The position numbers were made by a program, and so were the translations under genes. From Pseudomonadota bacterium (GTDB taxonomy: Bacteria; Pseudomonadota; Gammaproteobacteria; Burkholderiales; Rhodocyclaceae): DNA of 64,000 nt. Shown one piece after another: positions 10,664 to 20,581 of the stretch. Below the pieces are notes generated by a model. It did not search any database. It saw nothing but the letters and a program-made list of their open reading frames with translations, and was not told the DNA's origin. How positions within the stretch are numbered: the stretch's first letter is position 1; each line of letters starts with the position of its first letter. The DNA lies in NCBI GenBank assembly GCA_018262235.1, contig JAGTRY010000006.1, positions 3,632-67,631 on the forward strand, written 5' to 3'.

Positions 10664-11733
10664 CGGACGCGTCGCAAATGAGGGAGCATGCGCCAGACGA
10701 ACATCGTCAGGAGCAGCAGGAGCATCGCTCCATGAACCATCCAGCCTCCATGGACGGCATCCAGCCGGCCCTTGGCAATCCAGGCCTGGCTCAGGCCCAG
10801 GAGGTTCAGATATACCGTGAAGGTCAGCACCGCGAACACCAGATTATTGGCGCGCCCACCACGCGGGTTCACAAAAGACAACGGAATCGCCAGCAAGGAC
10901 AGCACCAGTGCGGCCAAAGGGATCCCCAGACGCCAGATCAGTTCAGCCTTGTTCGGATTGGTCGGGACGAGCAGCAGATTGGCTGTCGACAGGGTACGCG
11001 GCGTAACCTCGATGGCCCCGATTTCCTTGGGTTCGATCCGGACCGCGTAACGCGCAAAATCCATCACCCTGAAGTTGGCCGCACCTGGCTCACCGTCATA
11101 CCGGCGCCCATTCAACAGCACAACAAAACGATCCCCGTTCGGCGCAGTTTCCACGAACCCGTCGGCAGCAACGGTCAAACTCTGTTTGCCGGGCAGTACG
11201 GAATTGATGAATACGTTGCGCACGCGACCTTCCGTCCGGTCCACCGACTCCACGAAGAACACCCGCTGTGAAGACACCGATTCGCGAAAGACTCCCGGCG
11301 ACACACGCGAAACCTCATCCCGGTTCTCCAGCCGTTTGCGGTACTCCAGCGCCTTACCCTGCGCCCAGGGCGAAAGGGACAGAGACAGAACCGCGATCAC
11401 CACCACGATGGGCAGCGAAAATTGCAATACCGGACGAATCCATGCCGTCAGCGGCACACCGCTCGAAAACCACACCACCATTTCCGAATCCCGATAACTG
11501 CGCGACATCGAGAGCAGAATCGCCACGAATACCGACAATGCAAGCAGGACAGGAAGATGGTTCAGGGCAGAAAATCCGATCAGCGCCAGCACCGCATCGG
11601 CCGGCACACGCCCCCCCGCAGCCTGCGAGAGCAGCCGCACCAGGATCACGGTGACCATGATGAAGAACAGTGCGATGAAGATCGCCACTGCGGTACTTGC
11701 GAATTCGCGCATGGCTGCGCGGCGGAAAATCAT
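10660..11733 (-). CDS. lptF: LPS export ABC transporter permease LptF
   Basis: 357 aa. A paralogous YjgP/YjgQ permease immediately upstream of lptG and divergent from pepA, which is the conserved arrangement. Confidence 0.85.
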   Translation of the reverse strand: MIFRRAAMREFASTAVAIFIALFFIMVTVILVRLLSQAAGGRVPADAVLALIGFSALNHLPVLLALSVFVAILLSMSRSYRDSEMVVWFSSGVPLTAWIRPVLQFSLPIVVVIAVLSLSLSPWAQGKALEYRKRLENRDEVSRVSPGVFRESVSSQRVFFVESVDRTEGRVRNVFINSVLPGKQSLTVAADGFVETAPNGDRFVVLLNGRRYDGEPGAANFRVMDFARYAVRIEPKEIGAIEVTPRTLSTANLLLVPTNPNKAELIWRLGIPLAALVLSLLAIPLSFVNPRGGRANNLVFAVLTFTVYLNLLGLSQAWIAKGRLDAVHGGWMVHGAMLLLLLTMFVWRMLPHLRRVR

Positions 11734-11752
11734 GTTTTGCTATCGACTCACT

Positions 11753-11782
11753 TTGACGGCGCCAAGCCGCTGCGGGGATAAT
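11753..11782 (+). promoter_or_regulatory. Candidate sigma-70 promoter for pepA
   Basis: TTGACG (11753-11758), an 18-nt spacer, then GATAAT (11777-11782), about 50 nt upstream of the pepA ATG. Confidence 0.3.
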
Positions 11783-11834
11783 CACCCGATCGCAACCCCG
11801 GCGCATGCGCCGACCGTATCGTCTGGAAAAGGCC

Positions 11835-13319
11835 ATGGAATTTAGCATAAAAGCAGCACTTCCCGAGAAACTCAAAACCGATTGCCTGATCCTGGCCCGC
11901 TTTGCCGACGGGGAAGCCGGCCCGCAACTGGCCAGTGTCGACACCGCCAGCGCCGGTCTGCTTGGCAAATTGATCAAGCGTGACCTGGACGACAAGGCCG
12001 GCAGCCTGCTCGCTCTGCCCACCCTGCCTGGCATCGCGGCAGATCGCGTGCTGATCGTCAGCCTTGGCAAACACGCCGAACTCACGGATAAAACCTTGCG
12101 TACGGCCCTCACTGCCGTGGGCAAATGGCTCGCCAGCAGCAAGGCGAAGAATGCCGCATTCGGTGCCACCGACCTCGTCGCCGGCGGGCTGGAACTCCCC
12201 ACTGCCCTGCGCACGGCCACGGTCCTGCTGGCGGATGCCTGCTACCGTTTCGAAGCTTTACGCAGCAAGCCCGACGACAAGCCTGCCGGCCCTGCCAGGT
12301 TCGAGTACCTGCTGCAAGGCAAGAGCGATGCGGCCACCCGGACCGCCGTCGAACAAGGTGCGGCGATTGCCGCGGGTCAGGCGCTGGCCCGCGACCTGGG
12401 CAACCTGCCCGCAAATTACTGCACGCCCAGCGTCTTGTCGGATACCGCAAAGAGCCTTGCCCACGAATACAAGTTGAAGGTCCAGGTTTTCGACCGTGAA
12501 GGCATCGAAGAGCTGGGCATGGGCAGCTTCCTCGCCGTAGCCCAGGGCACACGCGAAGAGCCGCGTTTCATCGTGCTCGAATACAAGGGCGGCAAGGCCA
12601 AGGCCGCGCCCGTCGTGCTGGTCGGCAAAGGCATCACCTTCGATTCCGGCGGCATCTCGCTCAAGCCCGGCGAAGGCATGGACGAGATGAAGTTCGACAT
12701 GTGTGGTGCCGCTTCGGTGCTCGGCACCTTCCGTGCAGTCGCCAAGATGGGCCTGCCGATCAACCTCGTAGGCCTGATCCCGGCGACCGAAAACCTCCCC
12801 AGTGGCACGGCCGTCAAACCGGGGGATGTGGTCACTTCCCTGTCCGGCCAGACCATCGAGATCCTCAACACCGACGCCGAAGGCCGCCTGATCCTGTGTG
12901 ACGCGCTCACCTACGCTGAACGTTTCAAACCCGCCGCCGTCGTCGACATCGCCACCCTCACCGGCGCCTGCATCATCGCGCTGGGCCACCACACCAGCGG
13001 CTTGCTCGCCAATGACGACGCACTGGCCGCCGAACTGCTCACAGCCGGTCAGAAAAGCGGTGACCGCGCCTGGCAACTGCCGCTGTTCGACGAATACCAG
13101 GAACAGCTCAAGAGCAACTTCGCCGACATGGCCAACATCGGCGGTCGCCCCGCCGGCACCATCACCGCGGCATGCTTCCTGTCACGCTACGCCAAAGCCT
13201 ACAAGTGGGCGCATCTGGATATCGCCGGCACGGCCTGGAAGAGTGGCGGCGAAAAAGGTGCGACCGGCCGACCGGTCCCCTTGCTCACCGAGTTCCTGCT
13301 GGCCCGTACCACCGGCTGA
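11835..13319 (+). CDS. pepA: Leucyl aminopeptidase (M17)
   Basis: Start MEFSIKAALPEKL at ATG 11835. M17 signature NTDAEGRLILCDAL and VGKGITFDSGGISLKP. Confidence 0.93.
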   Translation: MEFSIKAALPEKLKTDCLILARFADGEAGPQLASVDTASAGLLGKLIKRDLDDKAGSLLALPTLPGIAADRVLIVSLGKHAELTDKTLRTALTAVGKWLASSKAKNAAFGATDLVAGGLELPTALRTATVLLADACYRFEALRSKPDDKPAGPARFEYLLQGKSDAATRTAVEQGAAIAAGQALARDLGNLPANYCTPSVLSDTAKSLAHEYKLKVQVFDREGIEELGMGSFLAVAQGTREEPRFIVLEYKGGKAKAAPVVLVGKGITFDSGGISLKPGEGMDEMKFDMCGAASVLGTFRAVAKMGLPINLVGLIPATENLPSGTAVKPGDVVTSLSGQTIEILNTDAEGRLILCDALTYAERFKPAAVVDIATLTGACIIALGHHTSGLLANDDALAAELLTAGQKSGDRAWQLPLFDEYQEQLKSNFADMANIGGRPAGTITAACFLSRYAKAYKWAHLDIAGTAWKSGGEKGATGRPVPLLTEFLLARTTG

Positions 13320-13756
13320 TGGACGTCAAGTTCTACTACAACGCACCAGACCGCCTGCGGGCGGCCTGTGCCATCACGGCCAAAGCCGTGGCACAAGGTC
13401 GCAAGATCGTGGTCTTCGCGCCGGATCATGGCGCCGCCCAGCAGTACGACATGCTGTTGTGGGCAGCCCAGCCGCTATCGTTCGTGCCGCATGTCATGGC
13501 AACCTCGCCGCTGGTGGATCGCACCCCGGTCGTCATGGCACAGGCCTTGAGCAACCTGCCCCATGATGACGTACTGATCAACCTCGCGGATGATTTGCCC
13601 ACCGGCTACGAACGCTTCAAACTCTTGGTGGAGATCGTCAGTGGTGACGACACCGGGCGCGACGCAGCACGCCAACGCTGGCGGTTCTACAAAGAACACC
13701 AGCACGTGGTGCAAGCCTACGATCTGGCCAAAGACCGAGCACGAACGCCATCATGA
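13319..13756 (+). CDS. holC: DNA polymerase III chi subunit
   Basis: ATG at 13319 shares 1 nt (TGATG) with the pepA stop. The 145-aa product begins MDVKFYYNAPDRLRAACAITAKAV. The pepA-holC-valS neighbourhood is conserved. Confidence 0.8.
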   Translation: MDVKFYYNAPDRLRAACAITAKAVAQGRKIVVFAPDHGAAQQYDMLLWAAQPLSFVPHVMATSPLVDRTPVVMAQALSNLPHDDVLINLADDLPTGYERFKLLVEIVSGDDTGRDAARQRWRFYKEHQHVVQAYDLAKDRARTPS

Positions 13757-14523
13757 CAAATCCAGGCAGCGACGACCCGATCCTCGACAAGGCCCTGCTC
13801 ACCAAGGCAGACGCCCTGATCCGCCGCAATCGCCCGGATGGGGTGAGCAGCGATGTGGATGAACTGCCGCTGCTCACCGATGCCGTCGATGAAGACCTGC
13901 CCGAGCTCACCGATACGCTGCTCGATATCCATGCCCTCACGGTTGAGCACACGCCGGAACGCCCCGGCCCGCCACCGGTCATCGCACCGGATTTCGACCT
14001 TGAGGATCACACCCCCACCGGCCAGTTCCAGCGTCTCAGCCCGTTGCCACCGCGCGAAGTCATCGAGAACGCGGTAGACGAAGCAGTCGAACGCACCCGC
14101 CAGGAAATGCTTGCCGAGCAGAAGCAGGCGATCCAGGAAGCCGTCACCCGGGCCCGTAGCGAAGCCTTTGCAGACGCCCATGCCCAGCAGCAGCGCGCTG
14201 TGCAGGCCGCGCTGGCACAAGGCCGCGAAGAAGCCGAGATCAATCAGTGGCCGGCACTGCAGGACGCCCGCAAGGAAGCTACCGAAAGTGCGGCCATGGC
14301 CATGAGCGAGCGTCTGATCGAGCTGGACGCACAGATCGCCCAGAGCATCAATCAGTGGCTGGCCAAGGAACTGCCTTCACTGGTCGCGGGCGAATTGCTG
14401 GGGCTCTCCGAACGCCTGCGCGTGCAGACTGCTGCGCACATGCGCGCCACCTTGCTGCCGGAGCTTTCCGAACAGATTTCCAGAGTGCTGGACAGCGCGT
14501 TCAAGAACGACGAGCAGCGCTGA
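13753..14523 (+). CDS. Hypothetical acidic protein: tandem (D/E)LPxLTD motifs, Pro-rich linker, coiled-coil-like C-terminal half
   Basis: 256 aa. Its ATG overlaps the holC stop as ATGA (13753-13756). Codon usage is consistent with neighbouring genes. I recognise no family. Confidence 0.6.
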   Translation: MTNPGSDDPILDKALLTKADALIRRNRPDGVSSDVDELPLLTDAVDEDLPELTDTLLDIHALTVEHTPERPGPPPVIAPDFDLEDHTPTGQFQRLSPLPPREVIENAVDEAVERTRQEMLAEQKQAIQEAVTRARSEAFADAHAQQQRAVQAALAQGREEAEINQWPALQDARKEATESAAMAMSERLIELDAQIAQSINQWLAKELPSLVAGELLGLSERLRVQTAAHMRATLLPELSEQISRVLDSAFKNDEQR

Positions 14524-14559
14524 GCCGCCCGCACCATCAACCTTCGCCCAGACACAGCC

Positions 14560-15318
14560 ATGCTCCAGCACCTGATCCGTGCCCTCGCCACACTCAGCGC
14601 CCTCGCCCTGCTGCTCGGCTGCGCCACGCCGCCTGCTGCCAGTTCGGCGCACAGCCCCACCGGCCTTGGCAGCCCGAAGAACGATGGTGGCATATTCCAG
14701 AGCAAACACGCCGCTTTCCTCCGCCGTGCCCAGGAAGGCCCGGTCGACCTGCTCTTCATTGGCGACTCGATCACCGAAGGCTGGGCCCACCGTGCGCCCG
14801 CACTGTGGCAGCAACAGTACGGCCGCTACCACCCAGCCAACTTCGGCATTGGCGGCGACCGCGTCGAGCACCTCCTGTGGCGCCTCGACAATGGTGAGCT
14901 GGAACACATCCGGCCGCGCGTCATCGTCCTGCTCATCGGCACCAACAACAGCGCTTCGCAGACCGCGCCACAGATTACTGCCGGCATCCGTCAGATTCTC
15001 GATCTCATCGCCAGCAGACAACCACAGAGCAAGGTGCTGCTGCTCGCCGTGTTCCCGCGCGGCCCGCGCAAAGCACCGGACGGGCGCTTCGAGGACAATG
15101 CCCAGCGCATGCAGGTCATCCATGCAGTAAATGCGGCGCTGGCCCGCTTCGACGACGGCCAGCGCGTACGCTTCCTCGACATCGGCGCGCACTTCCTGCG
15201 CGATGGCCAGATCCCGCCCGAGCTCATGCCCGACCAGCTCCATCCCTCGCTTGCCGGTTACCGGATCTGGGCCGAGGCGATGCAACCGCTGCTGGGCGAC
15301 ATGCTGGCGCAGCCCTGA
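14560..15318 (+). CDS. SGNH/GDSL hydrolase lipoprotein (PAF-acetylhydrolase-like)
   Basis: Lipobox LALLLGC. Block I FIGDSITEGW, block II GIGGDR, and block V DQLHPS. Confidence 0.8.
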   Translation: MLQHLIRALATLSALALLLGCATPPAASSAHSPTGLGSPKNDGGIFQSKHAAFLRRAQEGPVDLLFIGDSITEGWAHRAPALWQQQYGRYHPANFGIGGDRVEHLLWRLDNGELEHIRPRVIVLLIGTNNSASQTAPQITAGIRQILDLIASRQPQSKVLLLAVFPRGPRKAPDGRFEDNAQRMQVIHAVNAALARFDDGQRVRFLDIGAHFLRDGQIPPELMPDQLHPSLAGYRIWAEAMQPLLGDMLAQP

Positions 15319-15463
15319 GCGAAGCGGAGTTCCAGCCCCCTGCGCACGCAATGCCCTTGGGGCACTTGGCCCCCACCCAACCATCCATGCTGCTTTGCCG
15401 CCCGGCACGAGGCCTTGAGCCGGTATAATCACGCCCTTCCCCAGAATTTTCTCCAGGTTTCCT

Positions 15464-18319
15464 ATGGAACTCGCCAAGAGCTTTGAGCCGGCCGATATCG
15501 AATCGCGCTGGTACCCGCAATGGGAACAGTCCGGTTATTTCGGCGCCGGACTGGATACCAGCAAGCCCGCCGACCAGTCTTTCGCCATCCTGCTGCCGCC
15601 GCCGAACGTGACCGGCTCGCTGCACATGGGTCATGGTTTCAACCAGACCATCATGGATGCGCTCACCCGCTACCACCGCATGAGCGGCGTCAATACGCTG
15701 TGGCAGCCGGGCACGGACCACGCCGGCATCGCCACCCAGATCGTGGTGGAGCGCAAGCTGGAAGGCGAAGGCATCAAGCGCCTGGATCTGGGCCGCGAGA
15801 AGTTCCTCGAAAAAGTCTGGGAGTGGAAGGAGTACTCCGGTGGCACGATCACCCAGCAGATGCGCCGCCTGGGCACCTCGCCGGACTGGTCGCGTGAACG
15901 CTTCACGATGGACGCGGGCTTGTCCAAATCTGTCACCGAAACCTTCGTACGCCTCTACAACGAAGGCCTGATCTATCGCGGCAAGCGTCTGGTGAACTGG
16001 GATCCGAAACTCGGCACCGCCGTGTCTGACCTCGAAGTGGAAAGCGAAGAGGAAGACGGCTCCCTGTGGCACCTGAAGTACCCGCTGGCCAATGGCGCAG
16101 GCTACCTCACCGTGGCCACCACTCGGCCGGAGACCATGCTCGGCGACACCGCCGTGATGGTTCACCCCGAAGACGAACGCTACAAGCACCTGATCGGCCA
16201 GAACATCCGCCTGCCGCTTTCCAGCACCTCGGGCGATGCGCTAGACGCTGCCCAATGGCGGGAGATCCCGATCATTGCAGACACCTATGTCGACAAGGAA
16301 TTCGGCACGGGCTGTGTGAAGGTCACGCCTGCGCACGACTTCAACGACTACGCCGTCGGCCAGCGTCACCACCTGCCGATGATCTCCGTGCTCACGCTGG
16401 ACGCCAAGATCAACCACAACGCCCCGGCGCGCTACCACGGGCTGGACCGTTTTGAAGCCCGCAAGCAGATCGTGGCGGACTTTGAAACCCTGGGCCTGCT
16501 GGAAAAGGTGGAAAAACACCGCCTGAAGGTGCCGCGTGGCGACCGTACCGGCGTGGTACTCGAACCCATGCTCACCGATCAATGGTTCGTGGCCGTCAAC
16601 AAGCCCGGCCCCGATGGCAAGAGCATCGGCCAGAAGGCTATCGAAGTCGTCGAATCTGGCGAGATCAAGTTCGTGCCCGAGAACTGGGTGAATACCTATT
16701 ACGCGTGGATGCGCAACCTGCAGGACTGGTGCATCTCGCGTCAGCTCTGGTGGGGCCACCAGATTCCCGCCTGGCATAGCACCGACGGCCGCGTATGGGT
16801 CGCCCATAACGAAGCCGAGGCCATGGCGCTGGCAGCCAAGGACGGTTATACGGGTGCGCTGCGTCGTGACAACGACGTGCTCGACACCTGGTACTCGTCT
16901 GCCCTGTGGCCTTTCAGCACCCTGGACTGGACGCCGGACTATCCGGCGCAATCCAACCCGGCGCTGGACCTGTATCTACCGTCCTCAGTGCTGGTCACCG
17001 GCTTTGACATCATCTTCTTCTGGGTCGCCCGGATGATCATGATGACCAAGCACATCACCGGCAAGATCCCCTTCAAGCACGTCTACGTGCACGGCCTGAT
17101 CCGCGACGCGGAAGGCCAGAAGATGAGCAAGTCCAAGGGCAATGTGCTGGACCCGATCGACCTGATCGACGGCATTGGTCTGGACGCGCTGATCGCCAAA
17201 CGCACCACGGGGCTCATGAACCCGCGCGACGCAGCCAAGATCGAGAAGAAGACGCGCAAGGAATATCCGGAAGGCATTCCCGCTTTCGGCACCGATGCAC
17301 TGCGCTTCACCTTCGCCAGCCTTGCCTCGCCGGGACGCGACATCAAGTTCGACATGCAGCGTTGCGAGGGCTATCGCAACTTCTGCAACAAGCTGTGGAA
17401 CGCCACCCGCTTCGTGCTGATGAACTGCGAAGGCAAGGATTGCGGGCTGGAGAACCACAAGGCCAGCGAATGCGATGGCAACTACCTGTCATTTTCTTTC
17501 GCCGACCGCTGGATGACCAGCCGCCTGCAGCGCGCCGAAGCCGAAATGGCGCAGCACTTCAAGGAATACCGCCTCGATCTGGCCGCGCGCACGATCTACG
17601 AACTGGTCTGGGACGAGTACTGCGACTGGTATCTGGAACTCGCCAAGGTGCAGATCCAGAACGGCTCCGACGCTCAGCAGCGCGGCACGCGCCGTACGCT
17701 GGTGCGTGTGCTGGAAACCATCCTGCGCCTGGCACATCCGCTGATTCCCTTCATCACCGAAGAACTGTGGCAGACCGTATCGGTCGTCGCCGGGCGCAAG
17801 GCCAGTGACTTCATCGGCACCGCCGGCTACCCAACCTGCGCGCCTGAACGCATCGACGAAGCCTCGGAAGCCAAAGTTGCGCAGCTCAAGGAACTGATCA
17901 ACGCCTGCCGCAGCCTGCGCAGCGAGATGAACCTCTCGCCCGCCACCAAGGTGCCACTGCTGGTCGCCGGTGACGAAACCACGGTCGGCCAGTTCGGGCC
18001 TTACCTGGCTGCGCTGGCCAAGCTCAGCGAAGTAACGGCGGTCGGCACCGCGCTGCCGCAATCGCCGGCACCGGTGCAGGTCGTTGGCGAGTTCCGCTGC
18101 ATGCTCAAGATCGAGATCGATCCGGTTGCCGAGCGCGAACGGATCGGCAAGGAAATCGCCCGCATCGAAAACGAAGTCGCCAAGGCACAAGCCAAACTTG
18201 GCAACGAAAGCTTCGTGGCGCGTGCGCCGGCAGCAGTGGTCGAACAGGAAAAGAAACGTCTGGCCGACTTCGGCAGCACGCTGGAGAAGCTGCGTGATCA
18301 GCTGGGCCGTCTGGGCTGA
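15464..18319 (+). CDS. valS: Valine--tRNA ligase
   Basis: 951 aa with the HIGH-type motif [20 protein letters not shown], and a C-terminal coiled coil. Confidence 0.98.
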   Translation: MELAKSFEPADIESRWYPQWEQSGYFGAGLDTSKPADQSFAILLPPPNVTGSLHMGHGFNQTIMDALTRYHRMSGVNTLWQPGTDHAGIATQIVVERKLEGEGIKRLDLGREKFLEKVWEWKEYSGGTITQQMRRLGTSPDWSRERFTMDAGLSKSVTETFVRLYNEGLIYRGKRLVNWDPKLGTAVSDLEVESEEEDGSLWHLKYPLANGAGYLTVATTRPETMLGDTAVMVHPEDERYKHLIGQNIRLPLSSTSGDALDAAQWREIPIIADTYVDKEFGTGCVKVTPAHDFNDYAVGQRHHLPMISVLTLDAKINHNAPARYHGLDRFEARKQIVADFETLGLLEKVEKHRLKVPRGDRTGVVLEPMLTDQWFVAVNKPGPDGKSIGQKAIEVVESGEIKFVPENWVNTYYAWMRNLQDWCISRQLWWGHQIPAWHSTDGRVWVAHNEAEAMALAAKDGYTGALRRDNDVLDTWYSSALWPFSTLDWTPDYPAQSNPALDLYLPSSVLVTGFDIIFFWVARMIMMTKHITGKIPFKHVYVHGLIRDAEGQKMSKSKGNVLDPIDLIDGIGLDALIAKRTTGLMNPRDAAKIEKKTRKEYPEGIPAFGTDALRFTFASLASPGRDIKFDMQRCEGYRNFCNKLWNATRFVLMNCEGKDCGLENHKASECDGNYLSFSFADRWMTSRLQRAEAEMAQHFKEYRLDLAARTIYELVWDEYCDWYLELAKVQIQNGSDAQQRGTRRTLVRVLETILRLAHPLIPFITEELWQTVSVVAGRKASDFIGTAGYPTCAPERIDEASEAKVAQLKELINACRSLRSEMNLSPATKVPLLVAGDETTVGQFGPYLAALAKLSEVTAVGTALPQSPAPVQVVGEFRCMLKIEIDPVAERERIGKEIARIENEVAKAQAKLGNESFVARAPAAVVEQEKKRLADFGSTLEKLRDQLGRLG

Positions 18320-18342
18320 ACCGCACCGCGCGCAAAAACTTG

Positions 18343-18374
18343 AAGGGCATGCCAGCGATGGCATGCCCTTTTCG
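18343..18374. terminator. Bidirectional rho-independent terminator (valS / rhlE convergent)
   Basis: 12-bp perfect stem AAGGGCATGCCA/TGGCATGCCCTT with loop GCGA. It is flanked by an A-run upstream and TTTTCGTT downstream. Confidence 0.8.
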
Positions 18375-18381
18375 TTGCGGC

Positions 18382-19728
18382 TTACCGCCCGCGCGGTTTG
18401 GCGCCTGGCTTGCCTGATCCTGGACGCGCTTTTTTGCCTGGACCGGTAGCCTGTTTCGCCGCAGCACGTGCTCCGCTGCGACCTTGTTTGGGCGGCTTGC
18501 GTTGCGGGGCTGTCGCGCCCGCCGTTTTGGGTTTCTTGGGCCGACGCACCGGTTTGGCTTGCTGGCCTTCCGGGGCGGTTTGCGGCACACGGTGTTCGGG
18601 CAGGAAGCCCGGTTCTTCGATGCGCTTGATCGTTTGCCGGATCAAGGCTTCGATATCGCGCAGCTGGCCGACCTCGTCTGCACAGACCAATGACATGGCC
18701 ATTCCGCTGGCCCCCGCGCGGCCGGTTCGCCCAATCCGATGGACATAATCTTCAGCTACAACGGGCAGATCGAAATTCACGACCAGCGGCAAATCGTCGA
18801 TATCCAGTCCGCGTGCCGCAACATCGGTGGCCACGAGCAATTGTACTTCGCCGGTCTTGAAACGATTCAAGGCACGCAGGCGCTCGGTCTGGGCCTTGTC
18901 GCCGTGAATGGCATCCGCCCGGAAGCCTTGATGCAACAGGGTTTCAAGCAAGGCATCCACGCCATGCTTGGTGCGGACAAAGATCAGGGCTTGCCCCCAG
19001 CGATGCTTCTTGAGCAAGTGGCTGAAGAGTTCGGTCTTGCGCTTCTTGTCGCAGGTAACCAGCCATTGCTTGACGCCTTGCACGGTGGAATTGCGCGGAC
19101 TGACTTCGATACGCACGGGCGCTTGCAGCAGCTTGGTCGACAAAGCCCGGATCGCGTCCGAGAAGGTCGCCGAGAACAGCAAGGTCTGATGCTGGCGCGG
19201 CAAGGCAGCAAAGACCTGTTCAAGCTCGCGCGAGAAGCCCAGATCCAGCATGCGGTCAGCCTCATCCAGCACCAGCGTGTGCAGTTCGTCGAAGCGCACA
19301 GCATTTTGCCGATGCAGATCCAGCAAGCGGCCAGGCGTGGCCACCAGCACATCGACCCCGCGCTGCAAGCGTGTGACTTGCGGCGCCAGGCCCACCCCGC
19401 CATAGGCGGCGGTATAGCGCAACGGCAGGAAGTGGCCGTAATCGCAAAAACTCTCGAAGACCTGCTCGGCCAGCTCACGCGTGGGCACCAGAACCAGCAC
19501 GCGCACGCCACGATTCGCCACTGGCGTGGTCGCTTCGGCCAACCGCTGCAACAGTGGCAGTGCAAACCCGGCGGTCTTGCCGGTACCGGTCTGGGCGGCC
19601 GCCATGATGTCATGCCCCGCCAGCACGGCCGGGATCGCCTGCGCCTGGACCGGTGTAGGCGTCACGTAGCCGAGGACATCCAGTGCGCGCAGCAGGGGTT
19701 CGATCAGGTCGAGTTCAGTGAAGGTCAT
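18382..19728 (-). CDS. rhlE: ATP-dependent DEAD-box RNA helicase
   Basis: Q-motif, AQTGTGKT, DEAD (LVLDEADRM), SAT and HRIGRTGRAG motifs, with a basic K/R/G/P-rich C-terminal tail. Confidence 0.92.
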   Translation of the reverse strand: MTFTELDLIEPLLRALDVLGYVTPTPVQAQAIPAVLAGHDIMAAAQTGTGKTAGFALPLLQRLAEATTPVANRGVRVLVLVPTRELAEQVFESFCDYGHFLPLRYTAAYGGVGLAPQVTRLQRGVDVLVATPGRLLDLHRQNAVRFDELHTLVLDEADRMLDLGFSRELEQVFAALPRQHQTLLFSATFSDAIRALSTKLLQAPVRIEVSPRNSTVQGVKQWLVTCDKKRKTELFSHLLKKHRWGQALIFVRTKHGVDALLETLLHQGFRADAIHGDKAQTERLRALNRFKTGEVQLLVATDVAARGLDIDDLPLVVNFDLPVVAEDYVHRIGRTGRAGASGMAMSLVCADEVGQLRDIEALIRQTIKRIEEPGFLPEHRVPQTAPEGQQAKPVRRPKKPKTAGATAPQRKPPKQGRSGARAAAKQATGPGKKARPGSGKPGAKPRGR

Positions 19729-19832
19729 GGGATATTCAGGAATGGAGCGTTAGGGGCAAGCCCGGGCAATGGCGCAGTGTGCCAGATCAGGCGGGCTTGT
19801 GTTGCCGGCCGAAGCCACGCACAACGGTGGAA

Positions 19833-19876
19833 GCGACGTCCACGTCGCGAAGATGATTTCGCGACGTGGACGTCGC
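19833..19876. repeat. Perfect 19-bp-arm inverted repeat with nested palindromic arms
   Basis: GCGACGTCCACGTCGCGAA (19833-19851), loop GATGAT, TTCGCGACGTGGACGTCGC (19858-19876). Each arm is itself GCGACG-N4-CGTCGC. It lies between the yciH stop and the rhlE start. Confidence 0.9.
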
Positions 19877-19891
19877 ACCCGCAAATTCGTT

Positions 19892-20251
19892 TCAACCACC
19901 CGCGCGCTTGACCGTATACCCCTGCGCCTTGAGCTTGCTCATCACCAGCTCGCAATGGTCGCCCTGGATCTCGATGACGCCGTCCTTGGTCGTCCCACCC
20001 GTGCCGCACGCAGCCTTGAGCGTCTTGCCCAGTGCGGCGAGCGCCACGGCATCCAGCGGCACGCCCTTGATGACGGTGACGCATTTTCCGCCACGGCTCT
20101 TGGTGTCACGCGACACGCGCACGATCCCATCGCCTGCCGGAACGACAACCTGCTTGCAGGTACACGCCGCCACGGGCTGACGGCAGCTGGGACAAGTCCG
20201 GCCATGCTCGGTGGAATACACCAGTCCGCCCTGGTTATTTTTAGATTTCAT
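19892..20251 (-). CDS. yciH: Translation initiation factor SUI1-family protein
   Basis: MKSKNNQGGLVYSTEHGRTCPSCRQP... followed by a SUI1 fold region. The ATG at 20251 forms an ATGA overlap with the upstream gene's stop. The ORF track start is 20260. Confidence 0.85.
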   Translation of the reverse strand: MKSKNNQGGLVYSTEHGRTCPSCRQPVAACTCKQVVVPAGDGIVRVSRDTKSRGGKCVTVIKGVPLDAVALAALGKTLKAACGTGGTTKDGVIEIQGDHCELVMSKLKAQGYTVKRAGG

Positions 20252-20574
20252 GCTTGCCATACTCCGTAACCCGCCTCGCGCAGAGCGATCCCCAGTTCCA
20301 CTTCCATCTCGCAGGCGGCATCATAAGGCATCGGGTTGTAGCACTCATACAGCGCGGGCAGCAGGCGCAGGCCGTACTGCGTGACAAAACGGTTGGCCCG
20401 GATGCCCGCCTTGTGCTTGTCAAAACGCTCATCCGGTAACAGCCCGGTCATGCCCACATACACACAGGGCTTGCCGGGCTGGTAATCCGGATTCGATTTC
20501 ATGAAGCGCGGCTCCAGCAGCACGTCCCACGACAGTTCAATGACATAAACATGGTGGTGGTGCCGCCGGGCCAT
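20248..20574 (-). CDS. Small hypothetical protein, tentatively GIY-YIG-like
   Basis: 108 aa from ATG 20574 (MARRHHHHVYVIEL...KPCVYVGMTGLLPDERFDKHKAG). The pattern HVY...YVG...R resembles GIY-YIG, but the spacing is long. The call is tentative. Confidence 0.45.
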   Translation of the reverse strand: MARRHHHHVYVIELSWDVLLEPRFMKSNPDYQPGKPCVYVGMTGLLPDERFDKHKAGIRANRFVTQYGLRLLPALYECYNPMPYDAACEMEVELGIALREAGYGVWQA

Positions 20575-20581
20575 ACCTGGA

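Noticed and set aside
15424-15429. Perfect TATAAT 35 nt upstream of valS.
   Set aside because: No acceptable -35 lies at 16-19 nt and there is no extended -10 TG. It is not reported as a promoter.
14377-16189. 366-aa and 321-aa minus-strand ORFs (14377-15477 and 15224-16189).
   Set aside because: They are antisense to the SGNH hydrolase and valS genes and have no motifs.
18739-19911. 390-aa ORF on the + strand.
   Set aside because: It is antisense to the DEAD-box helicase gene, which has all the helicase motifs.
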